Below are positions 60,699 to 64,000 of a stretch of 64,000 nucleotides of DNA, piece after piece. A model generated the notes under the pieces. It saw only the letters and a list, made by a program, of their open reading frames with translations. It did not search any database and was not told the origin of the DNA. This DNA is from Candidatus Binataceae bacterium (lineage in GTDB: Bacteria; Desulfobacterota; Binatia; Binatales; Binataceae), in assembly GCA_035541875.1 (NCBI GenBank), contig DATKML010000024.1:5030-69029 (forward strand). The letters are read 5' to 3'. Within the stretch, counting starts at the first letter, position 1, and each line of letters begins with the position of its first letter. Both the position numbers and the translations under genes were made by a program.

Positions 60699-62135
60699 AT
60701 GCCCTCAGAAGCATATGAAGCGGTAATCGGACTTGAAGTCCATGCCCATCTGGCGACGCGATCGAAACTGTTCTGCGGATGCACGAATGGGTTCGGTGCA
60801 GGTCCCAATGAAAATGTCTGCCCGGTTTGCATGGGGATGCCCGGGGTGTTGCCGGTCCTGAATCGCGAGGCGGTTGAGTTCGCGATCCGGATCGGACTCG
60901 CAGCACACTGCCAGATCGCCAACTATTCGATTTTCGATCGCAAAAGCTATTTCTATCCCGACCTACCGAAGGGCTATCAGATCAGCCAGTACGAGCAGCC
61001 GATCTGCAAGGGCGGTTATATCGAGATTCCGAGCGACGGTGGCAAGAAGCAAATTCGCCTCGTTCGGATCCACATGGAAGAGGACGCCGGCAAGAATATC
61101 CATGAGGAGGGTGGAAGCCTTGTCGATTTCAATCGCTCGGGAGTGCCGCTGGTCGAAATCGTCAGCGAGCCCGATATCCATTCGGCGGAAGAGGCGGGAG
61201 CCTATCTCCGCGAATTGCGCGCGCTGCTCCGCTACACCGGCGTGTCCGAGGCGCGGATGGAAGAGGGGAACCTGCGTTGCGACGTAAACGTATCGGTCCG
61301 ACCGAAGGGTTCGGACAAGTTCGGCACCAAGACCGAAATCAAGAACCTCAACTCGATCCGCTTCGTCGAAAAGGCGACGGCTCACGAGATCGCGCGTCAG
61401 ATTGAGGTGTTGGAATCAGGCGGCCGAATCGCGCAGGAGACCCATCTGTGGGATCCTGTGCGCGAAGAGACGCGTCCGATGCGCTCGAAGGAGTTCGCCA
61501 ACGATTATCGGTATTTCCCTGAACCGGATTTGCCGCCGCTTCGCGTCGAGGACCAAACGGTCGAGCAGATTCGTACCTCGATGCCCGAACTGCCGGCCGA
61601 ACGTCGCGAGAAGCTCACACGCGATCACGGTCTGACACCCTACGAAGCGGGCGTTCTAACCGAAGAGCGCGAAGTCAGCGATTACTTCCTCGGCGTGGTC
61701 GAGGTAGGACTCAAGAATTACAAAACCGCGGCAAACTGGGTTATGACCGAAGTCCTGCGGGTAGTGAACGAGAGCGGCAAATCGATCGACGGGGCGGTGC
61801 CGCCTGCAGCTGAGACCGGTGCACTGCTCAAGATGGTCGAAGAGAGCACGATCAGCCTCAACGCTGCCAAGATGGCGTTTCCGGCGATGTGCAAATCCGG
61901 CAAAGGGGCCGCGGCGACGGTCGGCGAGCTCGGTTTGCTTCAGGTTTCGGATGAAGCCGCGATCACGGCTGCCTGCGATCAGGTGATCAACGCCGATCCC
62001 GCCAAGTTGGCCGAATATCGGGCAGGCCGCGATAAGCTTTTCGGTTTCTTCGTCGGTGCTGTGATGAAAGCGATGGGGGGGAAGGGAAATCCGCGGATGG
62101 TCAACGAGATCCTCAAGCGCAAGCTTGCGGGCTGA
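60699..62135 (+). CDS. gatB: Asp-tRNA(Asn)/Glu-tRNA(Gln) amidotransferase subunit B
   Basis: YEAVIGLEVHAHL... GatB N-terminal domain and C-terminal YqeY-like domain. Confidence 0.92.
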   Translation: MPSEAYEAVIGLEVHAHLATRSKLFCGCTNGFGAGPNENVCPVCMGMPGVLPVLNREAVEFAIRIGLAAHCQIANYSIFDRKSYFYPDLPKGYQISQYEQPICKGGYIEIPSDGGKKQIRLVRIHMEEDAGKNIHEEGGSLVDFNRSGVPLVEIVSEPDIHSAEEAGAYLRELRALLRYTGVSEARMEEGNLRCDVNVSVRPKGSDKFGTKTEIKNLNSIRFVEKATAHEIARQIEVLESGGRIAQETHLWDPVREETRPMRSKEFANDYRYFPEPDLPPLRVEDQTVEQIRTSMPELPAERREKLTRDHGLTPYEAGVLTEEREVSDYFLGVVEVGLKNYKTAANWVMTEVLRVVNESGKSIDGAVPPAAETGALLKMVEESTISLNAAKMAFPAMCKSGKGAAATVGELGLLQVSDEAAITAACDQVINADPAKLAEYRAGRDKLFGFFVGAVMKAMGGKGNPRMVNEILKRKLAG

Positions 62136-62175
62136 CCATAGCGGGCGCCGTTCTTAAGGCGCGTCCCAAAGAGCC

Positions 62176-63267
62176 ATGACCGAAGTCAGAGAGGTTGTGC
62201 GCAATCGCGCAGCCGAACTCAAGCTCAAGTTCGTTAACAGCGATGTACTGGTTAAGGAGGTCAATTGGCTTGGGGACCTCGTGATGAGCCTGCCGGCACT
62301 ACGCGCGATTCGTGCTGAGTTCCACGGGTGCAGGCTATCGGTGATGGTCCGCGCCGAACTGGCCGGTTTCTTTGAGGGCCTTAACTGGATCGACGACGTT
62401 ATTACCTACACCGGTACGCGCGGGCTGGGACGGACGATGCGTGCGGCGGGGGAAATTCGCCGCCGTCACTTTGATCTCGCGATTCTTTTTCCTAACAGCT
62501 TCGAGTCTGCGCTCTGGGTGACGCTGGGCGGGATCCGGCAGCGAGTCGGTTACGCGACAGATCGTCGATCATTCATGCTAACGAATCACGCCAAGCCGGC
62601 TCGCGATGCGATCGAGGGTCATCAGTCGCAATACTGGCTCGGTCTGGTCCGGGACACTTTGGGTATCGAGGCCGGGAGTGACGCGACCGAGCACACCCTG
62701 GAGGTTGCGGTTAAACCGCTCGTGAAAATGCGCGAATGGTTGGCGGAGCGGCGCGAGCATCCCGACAGCCCGATTGTCGCGGTTGCACCAGCGGCAGCCT
62801 ATGGACCGGCGAAGGAATGGGCGCTGGTCCGTTACGCTTCATTGATCGATATGATGGCCGATCGCTTCGATGCCGAATGCGTCCTGGTCGGTGCGCCCGA
62901 AGATCGCGCGAAGTGCGATCAGGTGGCGACAACGGCGCGTAACGGGGCGATCAACGCTGCCGGCGAAATCAGCCTTAGCGAATTTATCGCTCTGCTTTCG
63001 CTATGTAATGGCTTCGTGGGAAACGATTCCGGCGCGATGCATGTGGCGGCGGCGCTCGGTGTTCCGACCATCGGAATTTTCGGTTCGACTAATCCGATAC
63101 GCACCGGGCCCCGCGGCGGTCAGGCACGCTACCTCTATCGTCCGACTGAATGCAGTCCTTGCCTCGAGCGGACCTGCAAATTTGGTCATTACGATTGCCT
63201 ACGGGCGATCAGTCCCGAAGTCGTCCTCGATGCGCTCGAGCAGTTCGGCGTATTCAATCCGCACTAA
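62176..63267 (+). CDS. Glycosyltransferase family 9 (ADP-heptose:LPS heptosyltransferase-like)
   Basis: GT9 fold signatures (GDLVMSLPALRAI, C-terminal GNDSGAMHVAAALGVPTIGIFG). Confidence 0.8.
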   Translation: MTEVREVVRNRAAELKLKFVNSDVLVKEVNWLGDLVMSLPALRAIRAEFHGCRLSVMVRAELAGFFEGLNWIDDVITYTGTRGLGRTMRAAGEIRRRHFDLAILFPNSFESALWVTLGGIRQRVGYATDRRSFMLTNHAKPARDAIEGHQSQYWLGLVRDTLGIEAGSDATEHTLEVAVKPLVKMREWLAERREHPDSPIVAVAPAAAYGPAKEWALVRYASLIDMMADRFDAECVLVGAPEDRAKCDQVATTARNGAINAAGEISLSEFIALLSLCNGFVGNDSGAMHVAAALGVPTIGIFGSTNPIRTGPRGGQARYLYRPTECSPCLERTCKFGHYDCLRAISPEVVLDALEQFGVFNPH

Positions 63268-63308
63268 CTGATCTGACATCTGTAAGCTGTCGTCCCTCTG
63301 GAGGACCC

Positions 63309-64000
63309 ATGAAACTGAGCGAACTGGCCCGAAAGCTCGACCTTCCGCTGCGCGGTGATGGCGCTGTCGAATTGATCGCTCCCGCTCCAATCGAGACCGC
63401 AGGACCCGGGATGATCACCTTCGCTACCGGGCCCAAGTACGCCGCCGCTCTCCGTGCCTCGGCCGCTTCGGCTGCTATCGTCAGCCGGGAAATCGCCGAT
63501 GAGGCACAATGCCCGGTACTGGTCAGTTCAAACCCGACTTTCGATTTCGCACGCGTTCTCGAAGTCTTTTTCCCGCCATATCGTCCGGCGCCGGGGATTC
63601 ATCCGACGGCGGTTATCAGCTCCAGTGCCAAGATCGGAGAGAATGCCTTTGTCGGTGCCTACGCAGTTATCGGCGACGAGGTCGAAATCGGGCGCAACGC
63701 TGTAATCCATCCGCATGTGACGATCTATACGGGAGTACGTATCGGCAATGACTTCACCTGCCACAGCCAGGTTTCGATTCGTGAACGGGTCACAATCGGC
63801 GATCGTGTAACGATTTTGAACGGTGCGGTTATAGGAGCGGACGGCTTCGGTTTCGTGGAGCACGGCGGAACCCTGATGAAGGTTCCGCAGGTGGGTTCGG
63901 TGATGATCGCCGATGATGTCGAAATTGGGGCGAACACGACAGTTGATCGTGCCACTATGGGTGCAACAGTTCTCAACCGTGGAGTGAAGCTCGATAACCT
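63309..64000 (+). CDS. lpxD: UDP-3-O-acylglucosamine N-acyltransferase, 3'-truncated by the window edge
   Basis: ATG at 63309 and the frame stays open to the window end. Left-handed beta-helix hexapeptide repeats (IGENAFVGAYAVIGDEVEIGRNAVIHPHVTIY...). Not present in the ORF track because no stop is reached. Confidence 0.85.
   Translation, partial: MKLSELARKLDLPLRGDGAVELIAPAPIETAGPGMITFATGPKYAAALRASAASAAIVSREIADEAQCPVLVSSNPTFDFARVLEVFFPPYRPAPGIHPTAVISSSAKIGENAFVGAYAVIGDEVEIGRNAVIHPHVTIYTGVRIGNDFTCHSQVSIRERVTIGDRVTILNGAVIGADGFGFVEHGGTLMKVPQVGSVMIADDVEIGANTTVDRATMGATVLNRGVKLDN

Noticed and set aside
1-64000. CRISPR arrays, rRNA genes, insertion sequences with transposase
   Set aside because: No regularly spaced direct repeats, no rRNA-like conserved stretches and no transposase-like ORFs were seen in the window.

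Overview
High-GC bacterial chromosome segment; the gene content (carboxypeptidase-regulatory-like TonB receptor, DUF1573, H+-PPase) suggests an Acidobacteria-like organism, which is inference. Most of the window is core and metabolic genes. These include a fused BC-BCCP-CT acyl-CoA carboxylase, the aroQ-accB-accC cluster, the tig-clpP-clpX-lon-hup cluster, serS with yraN, gatCAB, and a GT9 heptosyltransferase followed by lpxD. The accessory part is an ~11.5 kb integrative element (about 38345-49906) inserted in tRNA-Val. It is bounded by a 39-bp direct repeat: a 5'-half tRNA copy on the left (attL) and the intact tRNA-Val on the right (attR). It carries a tyrosine integrase with an adjacent excisionase, an AlpA-type HTH, P27-family TerS plus TerL with no other virion genes, a HEPN-type Hypoth_Ymh (TIGR02391) protein, and an Ogg2-like DNA glycosylase interrupted by a single in-frame TGA. 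It also carries a short DUF3800 protein, a Cys-rich secreted protein and two decayed gene fragments. That combination is the most likely place for an undescribed phage-satellite or defence cargo system. Other notable items are a translationally coupled sulfation-like operon (ASST-like beta-propeller, two small membrane proteins, a PAPS-type sulfotransferase and another membrane protein) and a tandem triplication of NTF2/SnoaL-like genes. There is also a SAM hydroxide adenosyltransferase (fluorinase/chlorinase family) neighbourhood containing a P450. An apparent frameshift in yraN lies inside a GCG repeat, and a TonB-dependent receptor is degraded. No CRISPR array or rRNA was seen.
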